DNA of 64,000 nucleotides, taken from positions 69,774-133,773 of the forward strand of contig DATJLR010000002.1 in the NCBI GenBank assembly GCA_035509435.1, given 5' to 3'. The notes beneath the pieces were generated by a model. That model did no database searches. It was not told the origin of the DNA and was given only the letters and a program-made list of their open reading frames with translations. The position numbers and the translations under genes are program-made. The DNA is from Minisyncoccota bacterium. Lineage in GTDB: Bacteria > Patescibacteriota > Minisyncoccia > UBA6257 > 2-01-FULL-56-20. Of the stretch, positions 9,816 to 19,634 are shown piece after piece; positions within the stretch are counted from its first letter, which is position 1; every line of letters begins with the position of its first letter.

Positions 9816-11333
9816 ATGCAAAGCATCAAGCGCCAGTTTCAAAAGATACTTTCCTTCCTGCGCATCCGTCCCCGCGTCGGCGGTCTTGAAGTGAGCGACC
9901 AGGTTCTGCGCCTTGCGTATTCCGGGAAAAAGGGATGGCAGATGGAAGCGGTACGTATCGCGCCCGGCGTCATGGAGCGCGGAAAAATAAAAGATGCGGC
10001 GGCCTTTGCGGCGGCCTTGCACGAACTGAAGGCAAAGATACCCTCCATCGCCGGAAAAGGAAAGAAAGCGAATGTCGTCGTCGCGCTGAGCTCCGTCAAT
10101 ATTTATACCCAGGCGTTCACCCTGCCCGCGATGGAGGGGAAGGACCTCGAAAAAGCGATCGATCTGAATGTCCAGATGGCATCGCCGCTCGATGTTTCGA
10201 AGGCGTACTTTGGCTGGCAGGTCATTGGCCGGGACGAAGTGAGCGTGCGCACCGAGGTCGCCGCGGCATTCGTGGAGAAGACGGTGGTGGACGAGATGAC
10301 GCAGGCGCTGTATGCGTCGGGGTTCATTACGGTCGGCGTGGAGTCGCGCGCGTTCGCGCTCGTGCACACCCTCCGGGAAAAAGGGACCGGCGTGGACATG
10401 AGCCGCTCATATGTGCTGGTGGACGTCGATAATTCGGGCATCGACTTTCTCATCGTGCGTAAGGGCAAGCTGTATTTTGAATATGCCAACCAATGGGCCG
10501 ACCTTGCCGATGAGAAAGGGCAGATTCCGGTGGAGAAGTTCAAGGACACATTGAAGGCGACCATGCGGCAGGTGCTCAATTTCTATTCCCAGCATTGGCC
10601 CGAACCGCTCGCGGGAGCGATCCTTTCGGCTGTCGCGTTCCGGGAACAGGCCGAAGAGGCGATAAAAGAATCGGCGGGCCTTTCCGTGATCCCGCTTACG
10701 CTCGCGCCCGGGGGCCCTCCGTCCCCCGAGTGGTTTGTCGCGTTCGGATGCGGCCTGTGGGATGTGAGCGCGCGGGCGAAAGCGCATGAAATAAACCTTT
10801 CGGGAGAAGGGGCAATGGATACGTTCCACGAGGAGCACATACTGAACTTTCTGGTGCTGTGGAGGGTGCTGATCCCCGTATTCCTTGCGTGCCTCATCCT
10901 GATCCTCGCCCTCGCCAACAGCTTTTTGGGCGAGACGAAGGCCAATATCGAATCATCATCGGCGTTCACCGCGCCGGAAACGGAGGCGGCAGAGCTCTCG
11001 GCGCTCGAAGCATCATCTACGGCATTCAATCAGTCGGTCGCGGTCGCGGCTTCCGCAGAAGCAAAACTCAACGACAATTATAAGATGATCGCGGACATCA
11101 ACGGCCTCGCTGCGGCGAACGACGTGAGCATCAGTCACATCTCTTTCCAGGCGGCGAACACGCCGATCCTCGTCGCCGGAAGCGCACAATCGGAAACGCA
11201 GATCGCCGCGTTCCAGAATGCGGTCCAGGCGGATCCTCATTTTGGCACGGTCACGCTTCCGCTGTTGAACATCCAGCCGAGCAACGGCGGGTACACATTC
11301 TCCATGACGTTCCCGCTCTCGACTGGATTCTAA
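9816..11333 (+). CDS. pilM: Type IV pilus assembly protein PilM (actin-like ATPase) fused to a PilN-like TM/periplasmic segment
   Basis: N-terminal ~330 aa PilM/FtsA-like fold, TM helix NFLVLWRVLIPVFLACLILILALA, then a ~150-aa periplasmic PilN-like tail. Confidence 0.75.
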   Translation: MQSIKRQFQKILSFLRIRPRVGGLEVSDQVLRLAYSGKKGWQMEAVRIAPGVMERGKIKDAAAFAAALHELKAKIPSIAGKGKKANVVVALSSVNIYTQAFTLPAMEGKDLEKAIDLNVQMASPLDVSKAYFGWQVIGRDEVSVRTEVAAAFVEKTVVDEMTQALYASGFITVGVESRAFALVHTLREKGTGVDMSRSYVLVDVDNSGIDFLIVRKGKLYFEYANQWADLADEKGQIPVEKFKDTLKATMRQVLNFYSQHWPEPLAGAILSAVAFREQAEEAIKESAGLSVIPLTLAPGGPPSPEWFVAFGCGLWDVSARAKAHEINLSGEGAMDTFHEEHILNFLVLWRVLIPVFLACLILILALANSFLGETKANIESSSAFTAPETEAAELSALEASSTAFNQSVAVAASAEAKLNDNYKMIADINGLAAANDVSISHISFQAANTPILVAGSAQSETQIAAFQNAVQADPHFGTVTLPLLNIQPSNGGYTFSMTFPLSTGF

Positions 11334-11335
11334 CT

Positions 11336-11872
11336 TCAGGATAGGGATAATTTTTCGAATACCGCTTCAAATGCCTTTCTGTCGCCCGTGGTGATCGGCG
11401 AGAGCACAAAATCCTCCGCCTTTTTGCGGCGCGCCTCGTCCTTTTCCCGGATACCGATGCGGATGCGCGCAAAGTCCGCAGTGTGGAGGTGGTCGATGAT
11501 GGATTGGACCCCTTTATGCCCCGCGGAACCGCCACCCTGCGCGCGCTTGAACTCGCCGACGGTGATATCGCTGTCGTCATGAATGACGATGATATCCTCC
11601 GCCTTTGCGCCGAAGTCACGCATTGCCGCCGCGACGGCGCGGCCGGACTCGTTCATATAGAGAAGCGGCCGGATGAATATGCGGTTTTGGATCTTTGCGT
11701 AAGCAAAAAGGGCGCCATGCGGGCGGAACTTTATGGTGCCGCGGGGCGCGCCGCCTTCCTCTTCCGACGCGCGCTCCGCGAGCCATTGTACCGCAAGCGC
11801 CCCCACGTTGTGGTAGGTCGTCTCAAGCGCCGGGTCGGGATTTCCGAGGCCAATGATGAGCGTTTGGTCCAT
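11336..11872 (-). CDS. pth: Peptidyl-tRNA hydrolase
   Basis: MDQTLIIGLGNPDP...TYHNVG, canonical Pth N-terminus. 178 aa. Confidence 0.9.
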   Translation of the reverse strand: MDQTLIIGLGNPDPALETTYHNVGALAVQWLAERASEEEGGAPRGTIKFRPHGALFAYAKIQNRIFIRPLLYMNESGRAVAAAMRDFGAKAEDIIVIHDDSDITVGEFKRAQGGGSAGHKGVQSIIDHLHTADFARIRIGIREKDEARRKKAEDFVLSPITTGDRKAFEAVFEKLSLS

Positions 11873-11919
11873 GCTTGATTATTATATTGCATCTTCTATA
11901 TAATGAGTACACTTCATTC

Positions 11920-12495
11920 ATGAGAAAGTTCCTCGCGTCGTTTTTGGAGGTTTTGGAGATCGCGGTCATTGCCGTTGCGGCGGTGTTCATCGTACGGACG
12001 TTTCTTGTCCAGCCGTTTCTCGTGAGCGGCACCAGCATGTATCCTACCTTCTCTAACAACGATTATGTGCTGACGGATGAACTTACCTATCGTATACGGC
12101 CGCCCGAACGCGGCGAGGTCGTGGTATTCCACGATGTGAGCGACCCGTCCACATATCTCATCAAGCGCATCATCGGCCTGCCCGGGGAGCGTGTGGTGAT
12201 CGACAACAACACCGTCACCATCTATAACCAGCAGAATCCGAACGGGTTTGTGCTCGACGAATCGTATCTGCCGCCGGGAACGGTCACGGCGGGGAACGAG
12301 GACGTCACGCTCTCATCGAGCACGTACTTTATGATGGGGGACAACCGCGCCGTGAGTTACGACTCCCGCAGCTGGGGTCCGCTTCCGGCAAAGAACATCG
12401 TCGGCCTTGTGCGTTTCCGCCTCTGGCCGCTCAACGCACTGCAGTTCTTTGGCGCTCCGCAGTATTCGACGTCAACCGCCCCAACGTCCTCGTAA
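11920..12495 (+). CDS. lepB: Signal peptidase I
   Basis: SGTSMYPTF (catalytic Ser), IKRIIGLPGE and GDNRAVSYDSR boxes. Start placed at the internal ATG 11920 to leave a divergent promoter gap with pth; the ORF opens at 11875. Confidence 0.85.
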   Translation: MRKFLASFLEVLEIAVIAVAAVFIVRTFLVQPFLVSGTSMYPTFSNNDYVLTDELTYRIRPPERGEVVVFHDVSDPSTYLIKRIIGLPGERVVIDNNTVTIYNQQNPNGFVLDESYLPPGTVTAGNEDVTLSSSTYFMMGDNRAVSYDSRSWGPLPAKNIVGLVRFRLWPLNALQFFGAPQYSTSTAPTSS

Positions 12496-12503
12496 CCATC
12501 ACC

Positions 12504-13817
12504 ATGCCCATGTCCAAAGAAGAGAAAGAAAAGCCAAAGGAAGTTGTGCGTGCCTTCCAGTCCGTGAAGGGCATGCACGATGTGCTGCCTTCCGATGAGC
12601 CATACTGGGAGAAGATAGAGAGCGTGGTGCGTTCGCTTGCTTCGGCATACGGGTTCTCGCGGATCGAGCCGCCGGTGCTGGAATTCGCCGATCTTTACAA
12701 CAAGACGTCCGGCGAGGGGAGCGATGTGGTGCAAAAAGAGATGTACACGCTCCGCACGAAGGGCGGGGATTTTCTCGCGCTCCGGCCGGAATATACGCCC
12801 GGCGTGGCGCGCGCATACATGCAGAACGGCCTCTCGCGCCTTGGCCAGCCGCAAAAGCTATGGGCAATGGGGCCGGTTTTTCGGCACGAGCGTCCGCAGC
12901 TTGGCCGCGCCCGCCAGTTCACCCAGATCGAGTTCAATACGCTGGGCGGCGTGAACGATCCCATCTACGACGCCGAGATCATCGCGCTTTTTTCAGACCT
13001 GCTTGGCGAGCTCAAGATCAAAAATGTCACGCTCCGCGTGAACTCGATCGGGTGCCGCGTCTGCCGGCCCCTCTATAAAAAGCAGTTGGCAAGCTATTAT
13101 AAGAATCACGAGAGCGATCTGTGCGAGGACTGCAAGACGCGCCTCAAGACGGACCCTCTCAAATTGCTCGATTGCAAAGAGCCGCAGTGCATCGCGCTCA
13201 AGGAGAAGGCGCCCAGCTTCCTCGACAAGCTGTGCGTGATGTGCAGTTCGCATTTCAAGCTAGTCCTGGAATATCTCGACGAGGTGGGCATTTCGTATGA
13301 GCTTGATCCTCACCTCGTGCGCGGCCTCGACTATTACAGCCGCACGGTCTTTGAGATGTATGCCGAGGGGGACGAGGCGCAGATCGGCGCGCTTCCCGCC
13401 GGCGGCCGCTACGATTACTTGATGGAAACGATCGGCGGCCATCTGACGCCCGCCATCGGCGGCGCGTGCGGAGTGGAACGGCTGATCGCCGTCCTGCGCG
13501 CAAAGGAGATCGCGTTCAACGGCAGATCCGGCAAACGCGTGTTCCTCGCGCACGCCGGCGACCTCGCAAAAAAGAAAGCGTTCGCCATCCTGAAGGACCT
13601 CCGCGGCCGCGGATTTCTCGTCACCGAATCACTTGCAAAGGAATCGCTCGCCGCGCAGCTCAAGGTGGCGGACAAGGAGGGTATCGCGCTCGCGCTCATC
13701 CTCGGCCAGAAAGAGATCTATGAGAACACGATCATCATCCGCGACCTCGTGAACGGTTTGCAGGAAGCGGTGCCAATGGAGAAGCTGGGGGAAGAGATAA
13801 AGAAGAGGCAGAAGTAG
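12504..13817 (+). CDS. hisS: Histidine--tRNA ligase
   Basis: Class II aaRS motifs, HisRS-specific regions (GGRYDYL, anticodon-binding C-terminus). 437 aa. Confidence 0.92.
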   Translation: MPMSKEEKEKPKEVVRAFQSVKGMHDVLPSDEPYWEKIESVVRSLASAYGFSRIEPPVLEFADLYNKTSGEGSDVVQKEMYTLRTKGGDFLALRPEYTPGVARAYMQNGLSRLGQPQKLWAMGPVFRHERPQLGRARQFTQIEFNTLGGVNDPIYDAEIIALFSDLLGELKIKNVTLRVNSIGCRVCRPLYKKQLASYYKNHESDLCEDCKTRLKTDPLKLLDCKEPQCIALKEKAPSFLDKLCVMCSSHFKLVLEYLDEVGISYELDPHLVRGLDYYSRTVFEMYAEGDEAQIGALPAGGRYDYLMETIGGHLTPAIGGACGVERLIAVLRAKEIAFNGRSGKRVFLAHAGDLAKKKAFAILKDLRGRGFLVTESLAKESLAAQLKVADKEGIALALILGQKEIYENTIIIRDLVNGLQEAVPMEKLGEEIKKRQK

Positions 13818-13948
13818 CCCTCCCAACATTGCTTCGAGCGGGCGTCGGAATCCCGCTCGCGCGGTTTTGTGGATCGAATGAGCCTTACCCGGATCGCAGA
13901 TCCAGTCACGCCTTGCCAAGCCCCGATTTTTCCTATATACTCTCTCCT

Positions 13949-14164
13949 ATGGCAATCGAAGCACGCAAAAAAGAAGGTGAGTCGGGGCAGTCATTGCTCT
14001 ATAGTTTCACGCGCAAAGTGAAGCGCAGCGGCATTGTAAAAGAGGTGCGCCACCGCAAGTTCCACACCCGCACGATCAGCCGCATCAAGCGCCGCTCCTC
14101 CGCGATCCATCGCGAGGAAAAGAAGGCCGATGTTGAGCGCCAGAAAAAGCTCGGCCTCATCTAG
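13949..14164 (+). CDS. rpsU: 30S ribosomal protein S21
   Basis: 71-aa basic protein MAIEARKKEGESGQSLLYSFTRKVKRSGIVKEVRHRKFH..., S21 signature. Start at the internal ATG of track ORF 13829..14164. Confidence 0.85.
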   Translation: MAIEARKKEGESGQSLLYSFTRKVKRSGIVKEVRHRKFHTRTISRIKRRSSAIHREEKKADVERQKKLGLI

Positions 14165-14198
14165 CCGGCGCGCGATCCGCACATTCACGACGCCCTCG

Positions 14199-14648
14199 AT
14201 GGCACTCCTTCAAAAAATAAACGATGACATGAAAGCCGCCATGAAGAGCGGCGATAAGGCGCGCCTTGAGGTGCTGCGTTTCACGCTCGCCTCGCTGAAC
14301 GCCGCGCAAAAAGAAAAATCATTGAAGGATCCGCAGGCGGCGCTTACTGATGATGAAGTGGTTTCGGTTCTCCAAAAAGAAGCAAAGAAGCGCAAGGACT
14401 CGCTCGAACTGTTCCGTCAGGGAAAGCGCGATGATCTTGTCGCAAAGGAAGAGGCCGACCTCAAAGTGCTCTCTGAATATCTTCCCGCCGAACTTTCGCG
14501 CGACGAGATCGCGGCGATGGTAAAGACCGCAAAGGCAAATGGCGCGAACGATTTTTCGTCCATCATGAAAGAGGTGATGAAGCAGGCGAAGGGACGCGCC
14601 GATGGCAAGACGGTGGGGGACGTGATCCGCGATGTGGAACGAACGTAA
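14199..14648 (+). CDS. yqeY: GatB/YqeY domain protein
   Basis: 149 aa from the internal ATG (MALLQKINDDMKAAMKSGDKARLEVLR...), typical YqeY size and sequence. Confidence 0.8.
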   Translation: MALLQKINDDMKAAMKSGDKARLEVLRFTLASLNAAQKEKSLKDPQAALTDDEVVSVLQKEAKKRKDSLELFRQGKRDDLVAKEEADLKVLSEYLPAELSRDEIAAMVKTAKANGANDFSSIMKEVMKQAKGRADGKTVGDVIRDVERT

Positions 14649-15003
14649 GCTGGCGCGCGTTGCGGACAAAATATTGAAGATGCTCCGCGTCCGCAATGCG
14701 GCGCTCGATATCATCCTCCTTGACGACCGGAGCATGGCCGCGCTCAAAGCGCGCTTTATAAAGAAACGGACCGAACCGAACGTGCTCTCGTTCCCGGAGC
14801 CCGCGCATTTTCCGCATCCGGAGACGAAAAAGCGCTATCTTGGCGAGGTCTATCTGAACCGGGATATCCTGCGGCACTCCCCCGAGCGTGCGCAAGCGCT
14901 TCTCTTGCACGGTGTCCTCCACTTGCTCGGCTATGATCACAAAAAGAAGGCGGACATTGTCAAAATGGAGGGTCTCGAGAGAAAAATACTAATTAAACTT
15001 TAG
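14632..15003 (+). CDS. ybeY: rRNA maturation endoribonuclease YbeY
   Basis: HGVLHLLGYDH zinc-binding motif. 123 aa. Confidence 0.88.
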   Translation: MWNERKLARVADKILKMLRVRNAALDIILLDDRSMAALKARFIKKRTEPNVLSFPEPAHFPHPETKKRYLGEVYLNRDILRHSPERAQALLLHGVLHLLGYDHKKKADIVKMEGLERKILIKL

Positions 15004-15028
15004 GGCGCCCCGAAAAAGCATCAAAAAA

Positions 15029-15056
15029 ATCGCTCATAAAGCGATTTTTTGTTGGT
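15029..15056 (+). terminator. Rho-independent terminator downstream of ybeY
   Basis: AAATCGCT-cataa-AGCGATTT hairpin followed by TTTTGTT. Confidence 0.7.
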
Positions 15057-15060
15057 GTTT

Positions 15061-15260
15061 GCGACACCATGCCAGCCTTACCACCTTGATATCCATAGTA
15101 CTCGAATCGCTATGGATGTCAAATTCAGGCTCCGCGCCAACGTTGACCGGTGGGGAGTCGAGACGGAAAAGGACGCTCGTTGCCTCCTGGCAGATGATAG
15201 TTCGGCAACGAGCGTCCTTTTCCGATTCACCGGCCCTTTCGGTCGTTGGCTTTGTCACCA
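15061..15260 (+). ncRNA. Candidate structured RNA / cis-regulatory leader between ybeY and ftsA
   Basis: Nested stems: GGTGT/ACACC, ATCCATAG/CTATGGAT, and a perfect 20-bp inverted repeat GGAAAAGGACGCTCGTTGCC/GGCAACGAGCGTCCTTTTCC (15165..15223). Outer pairing GCCAACG..ACCGGTG with CACCGG..CGTTGGC. ORFs here have no protein-like features. Confidence 0.3.
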
Positions 15261-15351
15261 TAACCTAGAAGCGATTAAAACTATCTTAAACGGCCCGCGC
15301 CCTCTTTGCACAGTTCCTCTTGTGGCACTTTTCGTGATAAAATAAGACCAT

Positions 15352-16599
15352 ATGAAGCTCAAGGGACTCGGCGGCGGCGGGGATTTTATCACGGGATTGG
15401 ACGTGGGAACGTCGTCCCTTAAGGTTGTCGTCGCCGAATGCCGCGGCCCGCGTCCCACGATCCTCTACGCGCACGAGGAGCCGTCGTACGGCATCCGCAA
15501 AGGCGCGGTCATCGACCTTGGCGAGGCGTCGCAGGCGATCAACCGCGCGCTTTCGGAGGTCAAAAAGATCTCCAAGCAGGCGCTGCGCAATATTTACGTG
15601 AGCATCGGCACGCCGCAGGCAAAGATGCAGACCTCGCGCGGCATCGTGGCTGTTTCCCGCGCGGACGCGGAGATCGCGAAGGATGACATGGACCGTGCCG
15701 TCCGCGCGAGCCAGGCGGTGAACCTTCCGCAGAACCGCACGATCGTTCACACGATCGTGAAGGAGTATATGGTGGACGGCGTTGGCGACATTTTGGACCC
15801 GCTCGGCCTTTCCGGCAGCCGGTTGGAGGTGCAGTCGCTCATCATCGACGCCTTCGCGCCGCACATCAAGACGCTCATCCGCGCCGTGGAACTTTCGGGG
15901 GGCGACATCAGCGGCCTCGGCTACGGTCCGATCATCGCCGCGCAGGCCGCGCTCTCCAAACGGCAGAAAGATCTCGGCACCGCGATCGTGGACCTTGGCT
16001 TCGGCACGACCGGCCTCAGCGTGTATGAAGAGAACCGCCTTGTCGGCGTCGCAAAGTTCCCGGTCGGCGCGGGGAACATTTCGAACGACCTTGCGGTTGG
16101 GCTTAAAGTTCCCGTTGACGCAGCGGAGGAGATCAAGGTCCATTACGGATATGCGTATTCAAAAGAAGTGCCGCATAAGGAATCGGTGGACATGAAAAAG
16201 TTTTCGGAGGATGCGAAAGGCGCGGTCGCGCGCAAGTTCATCGCGGAGATCGTAGAGTCCCGCCTGGAAGAAATTTTCGACCTCGTGAACAACGAGCTGA
16301 AGCTTATGGAGCGGTACGGCCAGTTGCCGGGAGGCGTGGTGCTCGTGGGCGGCGGGGCAAAGCTGCCGGGTCTTACGGATCTTGTTAAGCAGGAAATGAA
16401 ACTGGCTGCCCAGATCGGATTCACGCTTGCCGACGAGTGGGAGGGCCACGGCGGCGGGTTCAAGGAATATCTGGAGGATCCGGCATTTGTGAGCGCGTTT
16501 GGCCTTGTTTTATGGGGCATGGAGAGCGAGGGGCGCGTCGGCGACAAAACGCCGAATGGCGGCGGATTTAAAAAAATATTCGGCCTTTTCACCCCTTAG
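15352..16599 (+). CDS. ftsA: Cell division protein FtsA
   Basis: Actin-like ATPase fold (DVGTSSLKVVVAE..., GGGAKLPGL). 415 aa, immediately upstream of ftsZ. Confidence 0.92.
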   Translation: MKLKGLGGGGDFITGLDVGTSSLKVVVAECRGPRPTILYAHEEPSYGIRKGAVIDLGEASQAINRALSEVKKISKQALRNIYVSIGTPQAKMQTSRGIVAVSRADAEIAKDDMDRAVRASQAVNLPQNRTIVHTIVKEYMVDGVGDILDPLGLSGSRLEVQSLIIDAFAPHIKTLIRAVELSGGDISGLGYGPIIAAQAALSKRQKDLGTAIVDLGFGTTGLSVYEENRLVGVAKFPVGAGNISNDLAVGLKVPVDAAEEIKVHYGYAYSKEVPHKESVDMKKFSEDAKGAVARKFIAEIVESRLEEIFDLVNNELKLMERYGQLPGGVVLVGGGAKLPGLTDLVKQEMKLAAQIGFTLADEWEGHGGGFKEYLEDPAFVSAFGLVLWGMESEGRVGDKTPNGGGFKKIFGLFTP

Positions 16600-16665
16600 C
16601 CCCGGTAACGCGTTACTGGAAACCAGTTACCAGGAGTGGTACCATTGTAGAAACATTAAATCCTC

Positions 16666-17994
16666 ATGAAAAAGAAGCGTCACGCAGCACATCATTCGTC
16701 AAGCAGGCCAAAGAAGCCCAGCGAAAAGTTCCAGCCGCTTTCGGCGAACGTAAAAGTGATCGGCATCGGCGGCGGCGGCGGCAACGCGGTCGCGCGCATG
16801 GCGCGTGACTTCACGCGCGGCGTGGACTTCATCGCGATCAACACGGACCACCAGGACCTCGACGAGTGCGAGGTCAAGCAAAAATTATATATCGGGAAAA
16901 GTTTGACGCGCGGGTTGGGCACGGGTATGAACCCGGACCTCGGCCGCCAGGCGGCGGAAGAGAACCGTTCTGAGATCACTGAGGCGGTGCAGGGTGCGGA
17001 TCTCGTGTTCCTCGCCGCGGGACTTGGGGGTGGCACTGGTTCGGGCGCGACGCCGATCGTCGCGGAAGCGGCAAAGCAGTCCGGCGCCCTCACGATCGCA
17101 GTCGTCACGAAGCCGTTCACCTTCGAGGGCAGCCAGCGGGAACGTATCGCGAACGAATCGCTCGTGAAGCTGCGCGACAAAGTTGACGCGATCATCGTCG
17201 TGCCGAACGACCGCATCTTTACCGTGATCAGTAAGGACACGCCGATCGTAAAAGCGTTCGAGGCGATCGACGAGATCCTGCGCAACGCGCTCCGCGGCCT
17301 CGTGGAGATCATTGCGATGCCGGGCATCATCAATGTGGACTTCGCGGACGTGAAGAACATCATGCAGGACGCGGGCATCGCGATCGTGGGCGTCGGCCGC
17401 GCGGCCGGCCCGGACCGCGCCGTGAAGGCGGTCAACGCCGCGCTTCATTCACCGCTCCTTGAGACGAACCCCGAAGGCGCGAAGGCGGTGCTCCTCGGCA
17501 TCACCGGCAGCCGCGATCTCAAGATGACGGAAGTGAACGATGCCGCCAAGATCGTCGCGCAGACCGCGGACCCGGGCGCGCGCATCATCTTTGGCGCCTA
17601 TCATGACCGCAACATGAAGCCGGGCGAGCTCAAGGTGACGATCGTCGCCGCTGGCTTCAGCGGCAGCCAGCCGGGCGCGCTCTTTGGCAACCATTTTGAG
17701 GGCCGCCAGGGCGGGGCCTCCATGTTCGGCCGCGCCGGCGCGGAAGGGTCTTCCGCGAGCGGCAACGGCACTTCGGCATTCGCAACCAAGCAGTCCACGC
17801 CCGCGCGCGAGCCGGGCACGAGCTCCAAAACGCCCGTTGTCCACGCTCGTGGCGAGGAATCCGCCGACGAGATAATGGCCCAGAAATCCCTCTCGCCGAA
17901 CGGCTTTGAAAAGAAGCCCGAACCCGCCAAACCGGTTACGAAAGAGAGTGACGCGTGGGACATCCCCGCGTTTCTGCGAAGGAGAAAGCGTTAA
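16666..17994 (+). CDS. ftsZ: Cell division GTPase FtsZ
   Basis: GGGTGSG tubulin signature, NTDHQDL, T7 loop. 442 aa with disordered C-terminal tail and conserved C-terminal peptide DIPAFLRR. Confidence 0.95.
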   Translation: MKKKRHAAHHSSSRPKKPSEKFQPLSANVKVIGIGGGGGNAVARMARDFTRGVDFIAINTDHQDLDECEVKQKLYIGKSLTRGLGTGMNPDLGRQAAEENRSEITEAVQGADLVFLAAGLGGGTGSGATPIVAEAAKQSGALTIAVVTKPFTFEGSQRERIANESLVKLRDKVDAIIVVPNDRIFTVISKDTPIVKAFEAIDEILRNALRGLVEIIAMPGIINVDFADVKNIMQDAGIAIVGVGRAAGPDRAVKAVNAALHSPLLETNPEGAKAVLLGITGSRDLKMTEVNDAAKIVAQTADPGARIIFGAYHDRNMKPGELKVTIVAAGFSGSQPGALFGNHFEGRQGGASMFGRAGAEGSSASGNGTSAFATKQSTPAREPGTSSKTPVVHARGEESADEIMAQKSLSPNGFEKKPEPAKPVTKESDAWDIPAFLRRRKR

Positions 17995-18542
17995 TCTACG
18001 ACAAGTCGTGTGAGGAGGGGGAATTTCTTATAGGGCTGTTTAAATGTTCCTGAGCCCATATGTCCTTCTCCGTGAAGGATTATTTGCGTTCCTCCGATAT
18101 GGTCGAATAGTATCCGCCCCTGTTTGTCGTCGCATTTCCAAGGATCATTATCCGAATTTACAAAAACTATATTTTCCACGCGAGATCTTATGGTGTCCCA
18201 TTTGAATTCATCTTTGCTATCATCGGTGTCATTTTTGGGGAGGGCTTCCGCATATCCTGCGACGAGGATCGCTTGTTTTACTCGAACATCTATTTTTTCC
18301 AGAATGTGCAGGATCAATGCTGACCCTTTTGAGTGTCCGATGAGAACTGTGTTTTCTGTAAAAGTTCCATTATCGAGCGCGAACGGAAGCCACTCCGCAA
18401 TATTCGGTTTATCTGCGTTCGGAAGCTGGGGAAGCCATACGGAATAGCCGCGCGATTCAAGATTTTCTTTTAGATAGGGAAACCAAAACTCATCAGGGCG
18501 CGTTCCTGTTCCGTGAAAGATTACGGCGTTCTTTGCGGCCAT
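17991..18542 (-). CDS. Alpha/beta hydrolase (serine hydrolase family, YdeN/RBBP9-like)
   Basis: GHSKGS nucleophile elbow. Start placed at the ATG at 18542 (MAAKNAVIFHG...), giving only a 5-nt gap to the rmuC stop; the track ORF start at 18644 would overlap rmuC by ~100 nt. Confidence 0.7.
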   Translation of the reverse strand: MAAKNAVIFHGTGTRPDEFWFPYLKENLESRGYSVWLPQLPNADKPNIAEWLPFALDNGTFTENTVLIGHSKGSALILHILEKIDVRVKQAILVAGYAEALPKNDTDDSKDEFKWDTIRSRVENIVFVNSDNDPWKCDDKQGRILFDHIGGTQIILHGEGHMGSGTFKQPYKKFPLLTRLVVD

Positions 18543-18546
18543 GGTT

Positions 18547-19611
18547 TTATTCTCCTCCCAGCTCCCCCGGCTTCTCCACGACCGGCGATTCGAGCTCCAG
18601 CTGTTCGCCGGTGATGCGCAGGATATCTTTGTTGATCTTGCCAAACTCCTTGCCGGCGGCGTTGTAGGCGGAGACGGTCGTCGTCAGGTTCTTGCCCACT
18701 TTGCCGAAGTATTCCTCGTAGCTCAATAAATGCTTGCCGAGCTCGCCGACGCGCTCGCCGATCTTCTTGGCGCTCTCTTCGATGCGCATTGCCTTGAGCC
18801 CTTGCAATACGGTGAGCAGATACGCGTGGAAGGTGGTGGGGGAGACGACGATGACGTTCTTCTTGCCGCTCGCGTATTCGATGAGGTTGACGTTGTTCGA
18901 CTTGAGGGCGCCCACCTTATTGATGAGCAGGTCGTAGTAGACGGCCTCGGACGGAATGAACATGAACGCGAAGCCGAGCGTGCCCTCCTCCGGCTTTACG
19001 TACTTTGACGTCTCGTCAATGCGGATCTTGAGGTCATTCGCGAATGCGTTCTCGTAGCGCTCGCGCTCCACTTTGTCGGATGACTCAAGGATGCGGTTGT
19101 AGTTCTCAAGCGAGAACTTGGAATCCACCGGGATGATGCCGTCCTTCGTGAGCACGACCGCGTCCACGATCGTGCCGTCCTTGAACGGATATTGCATCTG
19201 GTACGCGTTCGGCGGGAGCACGTTCTTGAGCACGGTCTCCAGATAATATTCGCCGAGTACGCCGCGCTGTTTGGGATTCTTCAAAATATCCTGCAGATTC
19301 TTGAGGTTGTCCGCGATGTTCACCACCTGCTGCTGTCCTGCCTTGACCCCTTCAAGCTCTTTCGTGATCGCCTGGATGAGCCGCATGCTTTCGCCCATCT
19401 GCGTGAACGCCTTGCCGGTGGAATCGCTGATCGCCTTTGCCGAGTCGCCGAGTTTGGCTTCGATCGTCCGGTTCAGCTCGTTCAGCTGGTTCTGGAGCAT
19501 CAAAAGGGACTGCGACTCTTCCTTTGGAGCCGCCGCTTGCGGCGGCCGCCAAAGCCGCCACGCGATGGCGGCGAAGAGCAGGGCTATGATAATGAGCAGC
19601 GCGATTTCCAT
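18547..19611 (-). CDS. rmuC: DNA recombination protein RmuC
   Basis: N-terminal TM helix, long coiled-coil, C-terminal RmuC nuclease-like domain. 354 aa. Confidence 0.85.
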   Translation of the reverse strand: MEIALLIIIALLFAAIAWRLWRPPQAAAPKEESQSLLMLQNQLNELNRTIEAKLGDSAKAISDSTGKAFTQMGESMRLIQAITKELEGVKAGQQQVVNIADNLKNLQDILKNPKQRGVLGEYYLETVLKNVLPPNAYQMQYPFKDGTIVDAVVLTKDGIIPVDSKFSLENYNRILESSDKVERERYENAFANDLKIRIDETSKYVKPEEGTLGFAFMFIPSEAVYYDLLINKVGALKSNNVNLIEYASGKKNVIVVSPTTFHAYLLTVLQGLKAMRIEESAKKIGERVGELGKHLLSYEEYFGKVGKNLTTTVSAYNAAGKEFGKINKDILRITGEQLELESPVVEKPGELGGE

Positions 19612-19634
19612 AAGTCTATTTTATCATAGAAACA

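Noticed and set aside
15049-15345. Three short ORFs (both strands) in the ybeY-ftsA spacer
   Set aside because: The region is dominated by perfect inverted repeats and lacks codon structure, so it is better explained as structured RNA/regulatory DNA.
16692-17448. Minus-strand ORFs of 247 aa (16692..17435) and 187 aa (16885..17448) inside ftsZ
   Set aside because: Antisense to an unambiguous FtsZ gene. Arg-rich, no motifs. A GC-driven artefact.
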